NCBI RefSeq assembly: GCF_009914755.1
Contig: NC_060936.1
Length of the DNA stretch: 64,000 nucleotides
Strand: one strand, 5' to 3'
Source: the human T2T-CHM13v2.0 reference genome, Homo sapiens
Position numbers and translations under genes: made by a program. Of this stretch, positions 19,150 through 36,854 are shown piece after piece (the stretch's first letter is position 1; every line of letters begins with the position of its first letter). Below the pieces are notes generated by a model. It was not told the origin of the DNA. It did no database searches and worked only from the letters and a program-made list of their open reading frames with translations.

Positions 19150-20805
19150 TTTTTGTTTGTTTGTCTTTGTTTTTTTAAATTTCAGTAGCTTTTGGAGTAC
19201 AAGTGGTTTTTGGTTACATGGAAGAATTGTATAGTGGTGAAGTCTGAGATTTCAGCGCACCCATCATCTAAGTAGCATACATTGTACCCAATATGTACTT
19301 TTTTCTTTTTATCTCTCACCACTCTTCCCCAACTTGTTCCCCTTCTATCTGAGTCTCCAATGTCCATTACACCATACCGTTTGCCTTTGTGTATCTTTAA
19401 CTTAGTTCCCACTTATAAGTGAGAACATATGATATTAGTTTTTCTATTCCATTACTTCATTCTTTTTTATAACTGAGTAGTATTTCATAGTGTATACATA
19501 CTACATTTTCTTTATCCACTCATCAGTTGATAGGCACTTAGGTTGGTTCTGTATCTTTGCAATTGTGAATTGTGCTGCAATAAACATATGTGTGCAGATG
19601 TCTTTTTGATATGGCTTTTTTCCTTTGGGTAGATACCCATTAGTGTGATTCCTATATCAAATAGTAGATCTACTTCTAGTTCTTTGAGAAATCTCCATAC
19701 TGCTTTCCACAAAGGTTGTAGTAATTTATATTCCTACCAGCAGTGTATAAATATTTCCTTTTCACCCCATCCACACAAACGTCTATTGTTTTTTGACTTT
19801 TTAATAATGGCCATTTTGGCTGAAGTAAGGTGACATCTTATTGTGGTTTTAATTTGCATTTATCTGATGATTTGTTTGTTGGCCAATTGTATATCTTATT
19901 TTGAAAAGTGTCTATTCATATCATTTGCCCACTATTTGGTGGGATTATGTTTTCTTGCTGATGTCACCTGAGTAATATGCCTTTTGCACAATGTGTATTT
20001 TTTTATTCCTCCCCTCATCTCCCACTCTCCTCCTTTCTGAGTCTCCAATGTTCGTTATACCATTTAGGGTCTATTATAGATTGTGGGTTCCTTATAGATT
20101 CTGAATATTAGTCCTTTGTTGGATTCATAGTTTGTAAATATTTTCTCCCATTCTGTGGGTTTTCTGTTCACTTTGATGATTGTTTCTTTTGCTGTGCAGA
20201 AGCTTTTAGTTTAATTAGGTCTCATTTATTTATTTTTGTTTTTGTTGCATTTGTTTTTGGGGTATTAGTCAAAATGCTTTGCCTCAGCAATATTGAGAAG
20301 AGTTTTTCCTAGGTTTTCTTCTATAATTTTTATGTTTTCGGGTCTTAGATTTAATTCTTTAATCCATCTTGAGTTGATTTTTGTACCTGATGAGAAATAG
20401 GGATCCAAGTTCATTCTTCTATATGTGGCTATCCAGTTTTCGAAGCATCATATACCGAATAGGGTGTTATTTCCTCAGTTTATGTTTCTGTATGTTTTGT
20501 CGAAGATCAATTGGTTGTAAGCATTTGACTTTATTACTGGGTTCTGTATTCCATTCCATTGGTCTATGTATCTACTTTTATAACAGTACCATGCTCTTTT
20601 GGTTACCATACCCTTGTAGTATAATTTGAAGTCAGATAATGTAATGCCTCCAGATTTTTGTCTTTTTGCTTAGAATTTCTTTAGCCACTTGGGTGCTTTT
20701 TTGGTTCCATGTGCATTTTAGAATTGGTTTTTCTCAATCTGTGAAGAATGATGTTGGCACTTTGATAGGGATTGCATTGAATCTGTAGATTGCTTTGAGC
20801 AATAT
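19150..20805 (-). mobile_element. L1PB 3' fragment (3' UTR and ORF2 end)
   Basis: L1PB tail 'tagcttttggagtacaagtggtttttggttacatgg...gtggtgaagtctgagatt'; ORF piece MWKAVWRFLKELEVDL. Confidence 0.88.
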
Positions 20806-21142
20806 GTATCACTCTATACTATATAATTAAGAGAGGTAGAATTTTATTCATATTGTAAACCTTGTTCCTTTCCAAGTTGTCCTGGATTTAATTATTTATA
20901 TTACTACAAGATATTTCAACCATAAAAATGGAATTTTGTTCGCTAGAAACTTTCTGGATTGTATCAAATCTGCAACTTTCTGGAGTCTATTAAATTTCTG
21001 CTGAAAGAGTATGAAAATGTATATTCTAAATAAGTAGGAAAACTTATTTCTTATTATGACTGCCTCATGTTTTTGATAATTCATGACACTGTCATATTTT
21101 TTTTCCAGATCTTTAGAGTGAAAATGTTATCCCATTGATATA

Positions 21143-21183
<41 letters not shown>

Positions 21184-21381
21184 CTTTAAGTTTTAGGGTA
21201 CATGTGCACAATGTGCAGGTTAGTTACATATGTATACATGTGCCATGCTGCTGTGCTGCACCCATTAACTCGTCATTTAGCGTTAGGTATATCTCCTAAT
21301 GCTATCCCTCCCCCCTCCCACCACCTCCAACAGTCCCCAGAGTGTGATGTTCCCCTTCCTGTGTCAATGTGTCCTCATTGT

Positions 21382-25206
<3,825 letters not shown>

Positions 25207-25269
25207 TATGATGTTAGCTGGTTATTTTGCTCATTAGTTGATGCATTTTCTTCCTAGCTTTGATGGTCT

Positions 25270-25699
25270 TTACAATTTGGCATGATTTTGCAGTGGGTGG
25301 TTCCAGTTTTTCCTTTCCATGTTTAGCGCTTCCTTCAGGAGCTTTTTTAGGGCAGGTCTGGCGTTGACAAAATCTCTCAGCATTTGCTTGTCTGTAAAGC
25401 ATTTTATTTCTCCTTCACTTATGAAGCTTAGTTTGGCTGGATATGAAATTCAGGGTTGAAAATTCTTTTCTTTAAGAATGTTGAATATTGGCCCCCACTC
25501 TCTTCTGGCTTGTAGAGTTTCTGCCGAGAGATCAGCTGTTAGGCTGATGGGCTTCCCTTTGTGGGTAACCCGACCTTTCTCTCTGGCTGCCCTTAACATT
25601 TTTTCGTTCATTTCAACTTTGGTGATTCTGACAATTATGTGTCTTGGAGTTGCTCTTCTCGAGGAGTAACTTTGTGGCATTCTCTGTATTTCCTGAATC
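25270..25699 (-). pseudogene. L1 ORF1p C-terminal remnant, disrupted
   Basis: ORF 25450-25704 translates to RATPRHIIVRITKVEMNEKMLRAAREKGRVTHKGKPISLTADLSAETLQARREWGPIF. Confidence 0.9.
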
Positions 25700-25823
25700 C
25701 CCATTGATATTTTAATTGGACCTCCGCTTTGGTGACTTGTTGACTCATCATTTTACCTGCTAAAAATATCTACTTTATTGACTTTGTGAATATTACTTCT
25801 ATCTTTTTACTTTCTTTAGTATC

Positions 25824-25824
<1 letters not shown>

Positions 25825-25864
<40 letters not shown>

Positions 25865-25875
25865 TGTATGTGTGT
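25825..25875. repeat. (TG)n microsatellite
   Basis: Seen directly in the sequence. Confidence 0.95.
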
Positions 25876-25899
25876 AGTATCGAATGGAAATTGTACTAC

Positions 25900-26620
25900 T
25901 AAATGTCCAAACAAGAACTTCTGATATTTATTCCCAAACTGTCAGCTCCATCTTTTCTTTTCTGTTCCCCAGGGCCAAACTTTTGGAATCACTTTTTACA
26001 TCTCTTGCATACTCCCTCAGCAAATGCCATCATCACTAAACTTCTATCACTGCTATCATCTGATTTTAGACAGCATAACTTCCTGCCTGGAATGTGACAG
26101 TTATCTCCTTATTGGTCTCCTTCTTCAGTCCTTGCCCTTTATAGTGTATTTGCAAAATGAAATAATGTCATTCACTGTAAAATAAACTCTTCACATCCTT
26201 GTCTTAGTAAAAACAGAATCTTTAGTTTGGTCTATAAGCTGCGACATCTGATGCACTTTCCATTATCTGACCTCATGTCCTAGCACTTCCCCTGGTTTAC
26301 TCAGAAACACTGGCTTTCTGGAAGTTCCAATGACACACTGGAGACACCTAGGCTTTACAGCCTTCTTGCTTGTCTGCTCAAGTCCCTCTTCTTAGAATGC
26401 TCTTTCCTCAATTATCCACATGGTTTCTTTGTCTTCTTCTTATTATTAATTATTATTATTTGCTATTTTCTGAAACATTACCTTCAAATAAACCTATATG
26501 TTTATATTTTTAAATTGCAAAATAATCCTCAACATCTTCCTGTCCTATTGTATTTTCATCCACAGTACTTATCATCATGGAATGTATTATATATTTCACT
26601 TACTTTCTTACTTATCTTTA
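25900..26620 (+). mobile_element. L2 fragment
   Basis: L2-like motifs (atgtccaaacaagaacttctgat, ctccttattggtctcc, cactggctttctg, agaatgctctttcct). Confidence 0.6.
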
Positions 26621-27681
26621 TTCTAATACTTTAATCATATTTTATCCAGAGTTCAATATTTTTCTTGAAGTAAATCTTCAATTATTTATCATTTTTGGCA
26701 AACTTGTTTTTTGTTCATTTGAATTTTTTCCCTCTCTCTTATGATTTGAGCATAGAATTATATGATGAAAGTGCTTTTTATAAAATATTTTTGCTGATAT
26801 ATTTTTATTGAATTTAATGTTCCATTGATAAGGTAATGATTCTGCCAATCCAGTGTAGTTTTTATTGTCAATCTGTATATTCTTTCAGATTCAGCATTAA
26901 AAAAAAATCATGTTTTTTGTTGTTTGTTTTCCTAAAGCTTCACTTCAAATGTTTGTGTAGACTGCTTTTGATGTGTGCTACCCAGTGGTTGATTTGTATC
27001 TTCAATCTAAACATTTATGTCTTTTAAAATTTTCGTAATATTGCTTCTTTAACTTTGTAATATTACTTCTATCTTTTTACTTTTTATATGATCTATTAGA
27101 TATACATATATATAATTAAATGTATTGCTAGGCTAAACAGTTTATCCTTCATACCTCTTATAAAACAGTAAACACATTTTTATTTAGATAAAACAGTACA
27201 GCAAAATAATAAGTATCTGGCTGTGTACTTTTCATAAATAAGCATCTCCTTTCTCTATTGTAGAGCAATATAAAGAATATTACCAGTATTACCATCCCAA
27301 GAATAGCAGCATTGTTTTGCCAAGAGACACAGAGTAGGAGGGGTAGTTTCAGAGGCTTTTGCTTGTCCTTTCACACTACATTGCCACTTAAATCCATGCT
27401 CATGAAATCAATGTGAAGGCTCTGTTACTACCAAGTATATTCATCCTTATTATAAATTGCAGGCTTGGTGAAATGACCACTGGTTAAGTTTATTGACCTA
27501 GTAGACCAACTCTGAGCCAGACCCTGACAAGGATTTTATTTGTTACCTTATCCACATATTTTTCTTTCCCTAATGAGAAGCCATGGTGGCATTTTGAATA
27601 CTGAGTATCAATTCAAGTATCATATCCAATAATTAATTAATGGTCTGGTTACTCTTTTCTCCCAATTAACAGTTTTCTCAT

Positions 27682-27885
27682 ATACTAGCTAGAGTTCTCC
27701 AGAAAAACATTAGCAATAGGATGTGTGTATATACAGAGACATTTGTTTAAAGAAATCAGCTCATTTGATTATGGAGGTTGGCAAGTCCAAAATCTGAAAA
27801 GTGAGTTGACATGTTGCTGACCCAGGAAAGAGCCAACATTGCCATTTGAATACTAAGGCTATCTATCTTCTGGCAGAATTCTCAT
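27682..27885 (-). mobile_element. MLT2 (ERVL) LTR fragment
   Basis: agagttctccagaaaaaca...gattatggaggttggcaagtccaaaatctg...ggcagaattc. Confidence 0.7.
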
Positions 27886-28699
27886 CCCTACCTTATTAGG
27901 ATGTGTTTTCTCATTTAGTGAAAGAGTTAATAGTCTTATAACTGTGTCAGCTACCTGATCCGAAATCATTAATTTCTCTTAATGACATAAATTTAGCAAT
28001 ACTTTAGTTGCTGTACATCTGTCTTTCTTGTAGGAACACCTTGTACAATTAACTATCCCTTTTATTAACTGCAGGTCTCACATTCATGGCTGCCACTCTG
28101 ATTCTTGCTACCCGCTAAAGTAACTGCACTTACCTTGATTGTGATATTTAAACAATACAACCCAGATTCTGTAACTCTGAGACTCTACCTTCACAGTAAG
28201 TGATTCCAATGTAACAATATCTCCTACTATTAGTCCTGGCATATAAACCAGAGCCACTACTGAGCTTGTGAATGATGTGGGTGCCATCTCGACAGAGCAT
28301 TCCTTATTGCTTTGGTAAACAGATTATCTTTCAGAAATTTTTGTAGAACATAGTTGGCTGGTTGATTTTCTGGCCTTTCTAGTTTACCACTCTATTTAAT
28401 TTAACCTTCTGACTTTTTCTTTTTTTTTTTCCTTTTTTTTTTTTTTTTGCTACTGAAATACAGTATTTCTGGAATTATTAATTCTTTTGGTGTAGGCTAT
28501 CATTTTTTTCTCATTCATTCGACTCTAATGTTATATTAACACTATTTCTTGTGGCTTTTTCCAGGGTCCTTTCTAGAAAATTATAATTTGGCGGTTTTTT
28601 CTTTCATCACTTTAACAATATAATTCCATTGTCTTATGGCTGCCATTATTTTAGTTGGGCAGTCAGCTATTAGTCTAACATTTCCCCTATAAACACATC

Positions 28700-28776
28700 T
28701 TCTTTTCTTTTTTCTTTTCTTTTCTTTCTTCTTTTCTTTCTCTTTTCTCATCTTTTCTTCTTTTCTCTCTTTCTCT
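28700..28776. repeat. CT-rich low-complexity tract
   Basis: (TTTTC/TTC)n seen directly. Confidence 0.8.
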
Positions 28777-29803
28777 AGACTGTTTTTAATTTGTTTGTTT
28801 TTAATATCCCCAGTTCTCTTATTTTTACCTTCAGATTTTCAATAATTTAAATGCTGTCTTCTGTTATGGATAATATGCTTATGTTTGTTTGTTTGTTTGT
28901 TTTTTCCAGCTCACTTATTTTCTCTTCATTTTCATATCTGGAAGCAGATACCTAATTGTATTTTATGATAAGTCTTACATGTTCTATTTTTTAAAAATTC
29001 CTTCAATACTATAAATACTTTAAAACTGTTATTTTATAGACTCTATTTTAATAATTACATTATCTGAAGTTCTTGGAAATCTAACCTTTCAATTTTTAAT
29101 GTCTGGTGCTGCTCACAATGTCTATAATAGGTAAATTTCTAGTTTCTTGTTTTGTGTAACTATCATATCTCTTTGGGCACCAGCTCTTTCTTAAATGCAT
29201 TGATTTTCACTTTGTACTTAGTTTTGTTTCCCAGATAACTTTATTGTTAGCTAAACTAAATTTATTAAAAATGAAGTTTTATATTAATACAATATCCAAA
29301 ATATTTTCATGTTTTAGTGGGAATTTTTTTCATTCAGATAGTCTTTTATAACTTCTGAGATTGTTTTTTCACAACACATCGGTAATTCTTCATCTGTTTT
29401 CACTTCAATACATGTAGTTTGATTAATTTTTTTGAAAATTACATTGTTTTTCGTTTTTAGTATACTTTACTGTACTACTTCTATCACTCATGCAGTCTAC
29501 ATTTTTATTTTCTTACTTCAAATATTGCAATGAACCCCATTTATATATCTTTATGAACTGAAATTTTTATTTCCTTATAAGAATCTTTAAAGTGGGATTC
29601 CCGAATTATGGGAAATAGATATGATTTAAACACTAAATAATTAAATGTATATTATTATATTTGTCTTCTCTTGATTTCAGTCTTATGAGTTTATATCATA
29701 GCCTCTTCCTTCCAGAAAGAGTGTATCAATACATTCATAGACACAGAAATGGAAAAATATACTGTGGATAACATAGCTTGCTGAATTAATCATGCTGTTT
29801 TGG

Positions 29804-29969
29804 AAATGACGAGTTAATGGGTGCAGCACACCAACATGGCACATGTATATATATGTAACAAACCTGCACGTTGTGCACATGTACCCTAGAACTTAAAGTA
29901 TAATAAAAAAAGAAAAAAAAGAAAACATTTTTAAAGAAAAAAAAGAAAAAAAGAACAACAACAACAAAA
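29804..29969 (+). mobile_element. Very short L1PA 3' tail (~100 bp plus complex A-rich tail)
   Basis: aaatgacgagttaatgggtgcagcacaccaacatggcacatg...cctagaacttaaagtataataaaaa; no TSD found. Confidence 0.9.
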
Positions 29970-31005
29970 GGTAGGAGAGAAATCCACTCCAGTAATTTTA
30001 AGTGGACCAGAGATTTAGAAATCTTTGTATTTGTTAATGGATTCATAGGTATGACACCAAAGCCTGATCAACAAAAGAAGACAGAGATAAATTATTTGAC
30101 TTTATACGAAAAAAACTCCATACATCAAAGGACACAATCACAAAAGTAAAGTGACAACCTAAAAAAGTGGGAAAAATGTTGGCAAATGATATATTTGATG
30201 AGAGTACAGTGTCCAGAATACATACAGAAACTCGAAACTCAGTAACAAAAAGAAACAACCTAATTTAAAAATAGGCAGAAGATTTGAATAAACATTTCTC
30301 CAACACCAACAATCACATGAAAAGACTCCCAACATCATTAGTTATTAGGAAATACAAATTAAAACACACAATGAGATGTCACTTTACACTCACTAGGATA
30401 GCATTAATAACAATATTTTACAAAAAAATGATAATAAGCATAAAGGTGAAGAACTTGGAACCCTTGCACATTGTTTTTGGGAATTTATAATGGTGTAACC
30501 ACTGTAGAAACAGTTTGATGGTTACTCAGAAAGATAAACATAGAATTAACATATGACACAGAAATTCCACTCCTAGGTATACTCCTAAAAAAAAATTAAA
30601 ACCAGGTATTCAAACAAATACAAACAAATGACAATAGTAGCACTATTTATATTAGCCGTAAAGTGAAAACAACCCAAATCTCCATCATGAAAAAACTGGA
30701 TAAACAAAATGTGGTATATCTATATAACGAAATATTATATAGCTATAATGAGACATGAAGTACTGACACGTTATATAGTAAGTGTGAACCTTGAAAACGT
30801 TATGCATTGGTAAGTAACACTGATATCTGAAGAAAAAGAAAACATTATGGAAAATGAAAGAAGCCAGACACAAAAGACCACATATTGTATGACTGCATTT
30901 ATATGAAATATGTAGAACACCAACCTTCATAGAGACAAAAACAGACTGGCAGTTGCCCAGGCCTGGGGTCATGTGGAAGGGGACTCACTGCTTAAATGAG
31001 TATGA
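29970..31005 (+). mobile_element. L1MB-type 3' fragment
   Basis: ORF2 3' end (aattccactcctaggtat) and 3' UTR 'agccagacacaaaagaccacatattgtatga...cactgcttaaatgagtatgag'. Confidence 0.75.
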
Positions 31006-31009
31006 GAAA

Positions 31010-33565
31010 CCAATAAAACAAAAAGATGATGTTTTGAGAATGTCAACAAAATGTATTACATCTAGCCAGATAAATCAGAAAAAAATAGAGAAACACAAGT
31101 TACTAATATCAGTAATGAGTGAGATGATATCACTACAGATTCTACAGACATTAAAATGGTAGTAAGGAAATAGAACAACTTTATGCTTATAAATATAACA
31201 ACTTACATGAAATGAACAAATCCTCCAAAAGACACAAACTACCAATAGTCACTCAAAAAGAAATAGAAAATCTGCTTAGGTTGATATCTATGAAAGAATT
31301 TATTTACACTTTAAAAACTCCAAATATTAAATAGTTTATTTTCACAAAAAAATAGGTACAGATGGCTTCAATTTTGACTTGTATTAAACATTAAAGAAAA
31401 AATAAAGAAATTATACAAAAAATGTTTAAGAAAATTGAATAAAAGAGAACAGTCTCCAGCTAACGTTTAAGGCCAGCATTACTACGATGCCAAAAAATAA
31501 ATAAATAAATACACTACAAGAAAATATTGATAATAAAATCCTAAAAAAACTTTAGAAAATCAAACTCAACATCATGTAAAAAAGATAATATAACATGATC
31601 AAGTGTTGTTTATCTTAGAAATTCAAATTTAACTTAATAATAAAACAATTATGTAATTCAACATATTGACACAATTACAAAAGGAAAATCATACGGTCAT
31701 GCCAATTTATCCAGAAAAAGCTTGTGAAAACATTTAACATCCATTCCTGATAAAAACCATCAGCAAAGTAAGAGCAGAGGGTTACTTTATCAACCTGCCA
31801 GAGAGCTTCTTTGAAAAACACCGAAGCTAACATCATACTTAATGGTGAAACAATGAATGTTTCTTCTCTAATGTCATAAATAAGCCAAGGATTCCTTTTG
31901 TACCACTTATATTCAGCATTGTGCTGGCTAATCTTGTCAGTGCTATCACACAAGAAAAATTTTTTAAGTATATACATTTGAAAAAAAAGAAATGAGCCTG
32001 TTTTCATGTACAGACATGACCATTATATTAAAAAAAAATCTGTGGACTCTACAAAATGTTACTAGAATTGGAGAATTTAGCAGAGCTGCAAGAGCACAAT
32101 ATAAAATCAATTCTGTTTCTATATAGTAATAGCAACAGACAATAACTCATATTAAAAGTAATTACATTTACAAGAGTAACACAAAATGTAAAATATTTAA
32201 GACTCTATTTTTTTTTTTTTTAATAGAGTCTCACTCTGTCACCCAGGGTGGAGTGCAGTGGTGCGATCTCAGCTCACTGCAACCTCTCCCTCTGAGGTTC
32301 AAGTAATTCTTCTGCCTCAGCCCTCCAAGTACCTAGAACTACAGGCATGAACCACCATGCCTGGCTAAATTTTCTTTTATTTTTTTAATTTTATTTTTTG
32401 TTTGTATTTTTAAGTAGAGACAGGGTTTTCCCCATGTTGGCCAGGCTAGTCTTGAACTCCTGAACTCAAGTGATATGCTCACCTAGGAGGACTCCATTTT
32501 TACAAAAGATGTGAAATATCTAAATAATAAAAATTACAAAACACTGCTATAAGTAATAAAGACCTAAATAAATGCTGACGTATACATATTCATGAATTGG
32601 AGGACTCTAATTTGATTATCTAAATTCTCCTGAGGTTGATCTGTGGATACAATGACATTTCACAAAAGTTTTTATAAAATTTCTTAAACAGATTCTAAAA
32701 TTAATATGGTAAAGAATACAGAATAGTGAAAACAACTTTGAAAAGAAACAACAAAGTAGATTAGGATTACCTTTATTCAAGATTTATTATAAAGCTACAA
32801 TATTTAAGAATGATGTGATATTGATACTAAGAGAAATGAATGAATGAACAGAATCAGACCATATGTGTGTTGTCAGCTACTTTTAAAGTACAGAGGCAAT
32901 TAGTTACATAATAAATAGTCTTTTTAAAAATATTGCTAAAATAATAGGTTTATGTAATTAGATATGAAGAAAAGAAAGACATTTGATCTATGCCTGACAA
33001 CATATATCAAATATAACTCAAATTCATTTTTTAACCTAAATAGAAACCTCAGTTTATAAGAAAAAGTATAAACATTCATTTATATAAAGGTGTTATATGC
33101 ATCTTCATAGCCCAAAACTCTTAACCCGATACCCATCTATCAATCAACAGATGAATGGATAGACTCTTGTATAAGTACACAAAATAATGGTAGTCAGTAA
33201 TAAAAATAATAAACTATTGATACAACCTACAAAATGGATCAATCACAGGGTGATTATGCTGATTGAAAGAAATTAGGTAAGAGGGTACATACTGTATGAT
33301 TCTATTTAAATAAAATAGATTTCTAGGAAATGTAAAATAATCCATATTGACAGAAAACAAATCAGAAGTTGCCTGTGGTGTAAGATTATGGGAAAGGAAA
33401 CACAGAGAGGTCGCAAAGGTTTATGAGAAATCTTTTGGATGACATATCTTCATTATCTTGTGGTGATATTTTCATGGGTATGTAAATAGGTCAATACTTA
33501 CCAAATTTTATACTTTTAATATGTGTAATTTATGTTGATTATACCTCAGTAAAACTGTTAAAACT
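31010..33565 (+). mobile_element. Old L1M (L1MC/MD/ME-type) ORF2 and 3' end, interrupted by an Alu
   Basis: Degenerate ORF2 (cactacagattctacagacattaaa; gctaacatcatacttaatggtgaaa) ending 'tatacctcagtaaaactgttaaaa'. Confidence 0.75.
32208..32487 (-). mobile_element. Alu, 5'-truncated by ~45 nt
   Basis: Poly-T, right arm, expanded linker; left arm ends at 'tgatatgctcacctagg'; TSD a(a/g)gactc(t/c)atttt at 32199-32211 and 32488-32500. Confidence 0.92.
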
Positions 33566-33853
33566 GAAATAAAATTGATGTTTGGGGCATAAAAGGCTTT
33601 GAACTTTACATTTTTATATGTAAAGAAATATAATACAGTTATTTTTATGGGAAGGATAATGACACATGTAACACGCTTGAGTGTTGCTATGAAAGTTGGT
33701 CCAATGAGGCAAATTCTGTGTTAACACCTAGCACTTCCAAATAATCTATCTGTAGTAAATCAGGTCTAGCTTTGTATAACATAGATTGATCAATCTAGAT
33801 AGGAATAAATTTTGATGAATGGACAGATGAATGGATGGATGATAGATGGAGAG

Positions 33854-34205
33854 TGTGTTAGTCAATTTAATGTTACTATAACAGAATACTTCAGGTTGGG
33901 AAATTATAAAGAATAGAGATTTAATTGGCTCACAATTCTGTTGGCTGGAAAATTCAAGATTGGGTAGCTGCATCTGGTGAGAGTCTCATGCTGCTTCAAC
34001 TAATGGTGGAAAGCAGAAGGAGAGCAGGCATTTGCAGAGGTGACATGGCAAGCAAGGAAACAAAAGAGAGGAACTGAAGAAGCCAGGCTCTTTTTAATAG
34101 GCAGTTCTCCATTGAACTAATCCAGTGTCTTAAGAATGAGAACTCACTTACCCATGGTGAGAGGACATTAATCTGTTCTTGAGGAATCCACCTCCACAAA
34201 CCAAA
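33854..34205 (-). mobile_element. MST-family MaLR LTR (partial), within a (GATA/GATG)n tract
   Basis: tgtgttagtcaatttaatgttactataacagaatac...ttggctcacaattctg...gcatctggtgagagtctc. Confidence 0.8.
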
Positions 34206-36386
34206 GGACAAGGCACATCGAAAGTATAGTAGGTAGATAGATAATTGATTGACTGATTATTGATGATGTAGAAATGGGGAAATAAATTATAAATACCTAG
34301 ATAAATAAATCAATAAACAAATGTGTTAGGCCAACCTTGAGGTTGATATTTTTGAGTATTTACATAATCCAGCTTAAACCAAAATGTTTTTCAAATTGTT
34401 CTGCCATGCTTATAGGAAGAACAACCATATGGATGGATTCTTAAGCACAGAGGCGTCTCATTTGCAACTGATAACCCACAAGAGAAATGAAAATGTGATT
34501 AAGCTAACCATGTACAACACTTCTGTTTTTATCTTTCTTCACATTACCTTTCCTGCAAAAAGAATATTTTAAAATGATGCTATTACTTTAATAGCTTCCA
34601 TCTGCATTCTAAATTTTCATTGTGCCAGTTATCCAATTCCACTTATATGATGAAATTTGTGGGCCTCATGGCTATTTTAATGTAATGCCTTTTATACTGT
34701 AATTGAGAGAAGTCTCCAATGAATAAAATAAATGGTTTCAGAGGGTTCTTAAGTCCTCAACAGACATCAGCTAAAATGTTAAGAGTGCCTCCAAATCCCA
34801 CTGGTGCTATATTTTCTAACCATGAAATAAATGTCATTATTGTAAATTCCCAGCTTTTGTCTAAAAATCTTGTACTAGATCCCTTGAGCACCAGCTCAGT
34901 TAATTAATTCAAACAATTTCCTCTCTAATCTCTAAAACATTTTCATATTTAAGACAATAAATGAGGTACTTAAGGGGTCCACTCATTGTTGGTCATTAAT
35001 ATGCCAGGGAATTAGAAAAATCACTCTTAGTCTTCAGTGACATGAATAATGTCTTTTTTTTTTTTTTTTCCAATGGTTCTGACCTGGACAAGGTTAAAAG
35101 CATGGTTTCTCTGCAACTGAATTTAAGAAAATCCTATTTTCCACTTGCTTTGGTTTTAATATACATCCGAATACTCTTCCTTTCCTTTGAGCAATAAATT
35201 TGATATGTAGTGTGATAGGTTATGCCAATTTAAAGATTAAATTAGTTAATAATAACTTCGAAATTAGTGATTAGTTCAGAAGAAGAATAATTGCATTTTC
35301 CTTGAACCAGTACATAAGGTTAATGCAGTTGGGAGTGTGATGGCTCCAGTAACTTTGACACTAATTGGCGATTGTGTTACATGTTAAGATAAGGAGTCAG
35401 CGTGAATAAATTCTCATGAGGTTTGCAGGAAGACAAAGCTATTTGTTAGCAAACCCGCTTTTCACCATGTAAAAGGTTTGTTTAATTTCATAAAAGGGTG
35501 GTCTGTGACCTTCAGGATAAAATTTCATAGTATTTCATGTCTGACTCTGGATTATCAAATTGAAACAAAGCACAGGTTCTTAAACCCTCAGCAGACATCA
35601 GCTTTTTGTTTATTCTGTAAAGCAAAATTAGCCATCTATTTGTCAATATAAAAATAATTGTTTGATCTTCTAAAATTGACTATCTCCAGAGGAAAAAAAA
35701 AACATGAGATGAAAAGAACATCAGGTGTGCAATTGTTCATATTGCTTTGCATTTTTATAGTCCTTACCTCAAAAGTCTTCTCATTTTGTGCATGTGCACA
35801 CACAGATCCATGTAAGCGTGATTCTGCAGTGGTAAAGAACAATCTAAAGATCTGGGGGTAGTGTAGCAGAATTATCTGTAGCACACTGTCCATAAGATAA
35901 TTGAAAGAAAAAGAAAAAAGAGACAATTCCCATAAATTCTAGTGTAGGGACATACCTATTACTAGATCAATCTTATCTCTATCAATCAGAAGCAGCAATG
36001 TTTCAGCTTTATACAAAAGATTCCTATTATGTGTTTCTCATTTGTAACCTTTTAGAAGTTTGGTCATTTATATTGTTGAAAGCTAAATGGTTTTCTCATC
36101 AAAATATTAAAATTTGTATATCTTTATTTGAAATATTTACTTACCAATATTACTGTGAGTGATAAAACTTTTTATACTGAAGAACGCGTTTATACAAAAC
36201 AGTAGTATAGGTAGATATTAAAAATATTTAATGTGTTACAATTAGTTACTGGGGCATTTTGTTTTACAATATTATGTCACAGTTTTGCTAAAGCTGTTTA
36301 AGATTGAAGTATGTATGTATAACCTTGCCTATCTTACCATAGACAATATGTTTTTGTAACTTTCAGGGCTTAAACAACTGTAATAA

Positions 36387-36708
<322 letters not shown>

Positions 36709-36854
36709 ATGTTTTCCATTTTCAAACAGGCTTTTCTATTTAAAAAATTATGTTTTTGACATTCTTTTAGTCATTAGAAATGAAGACAAATGCTAACATG
36801 GTTTCAACATAAACAAGAAAATTATTTTCCCAATAACGGAAATTAAATTAAATA

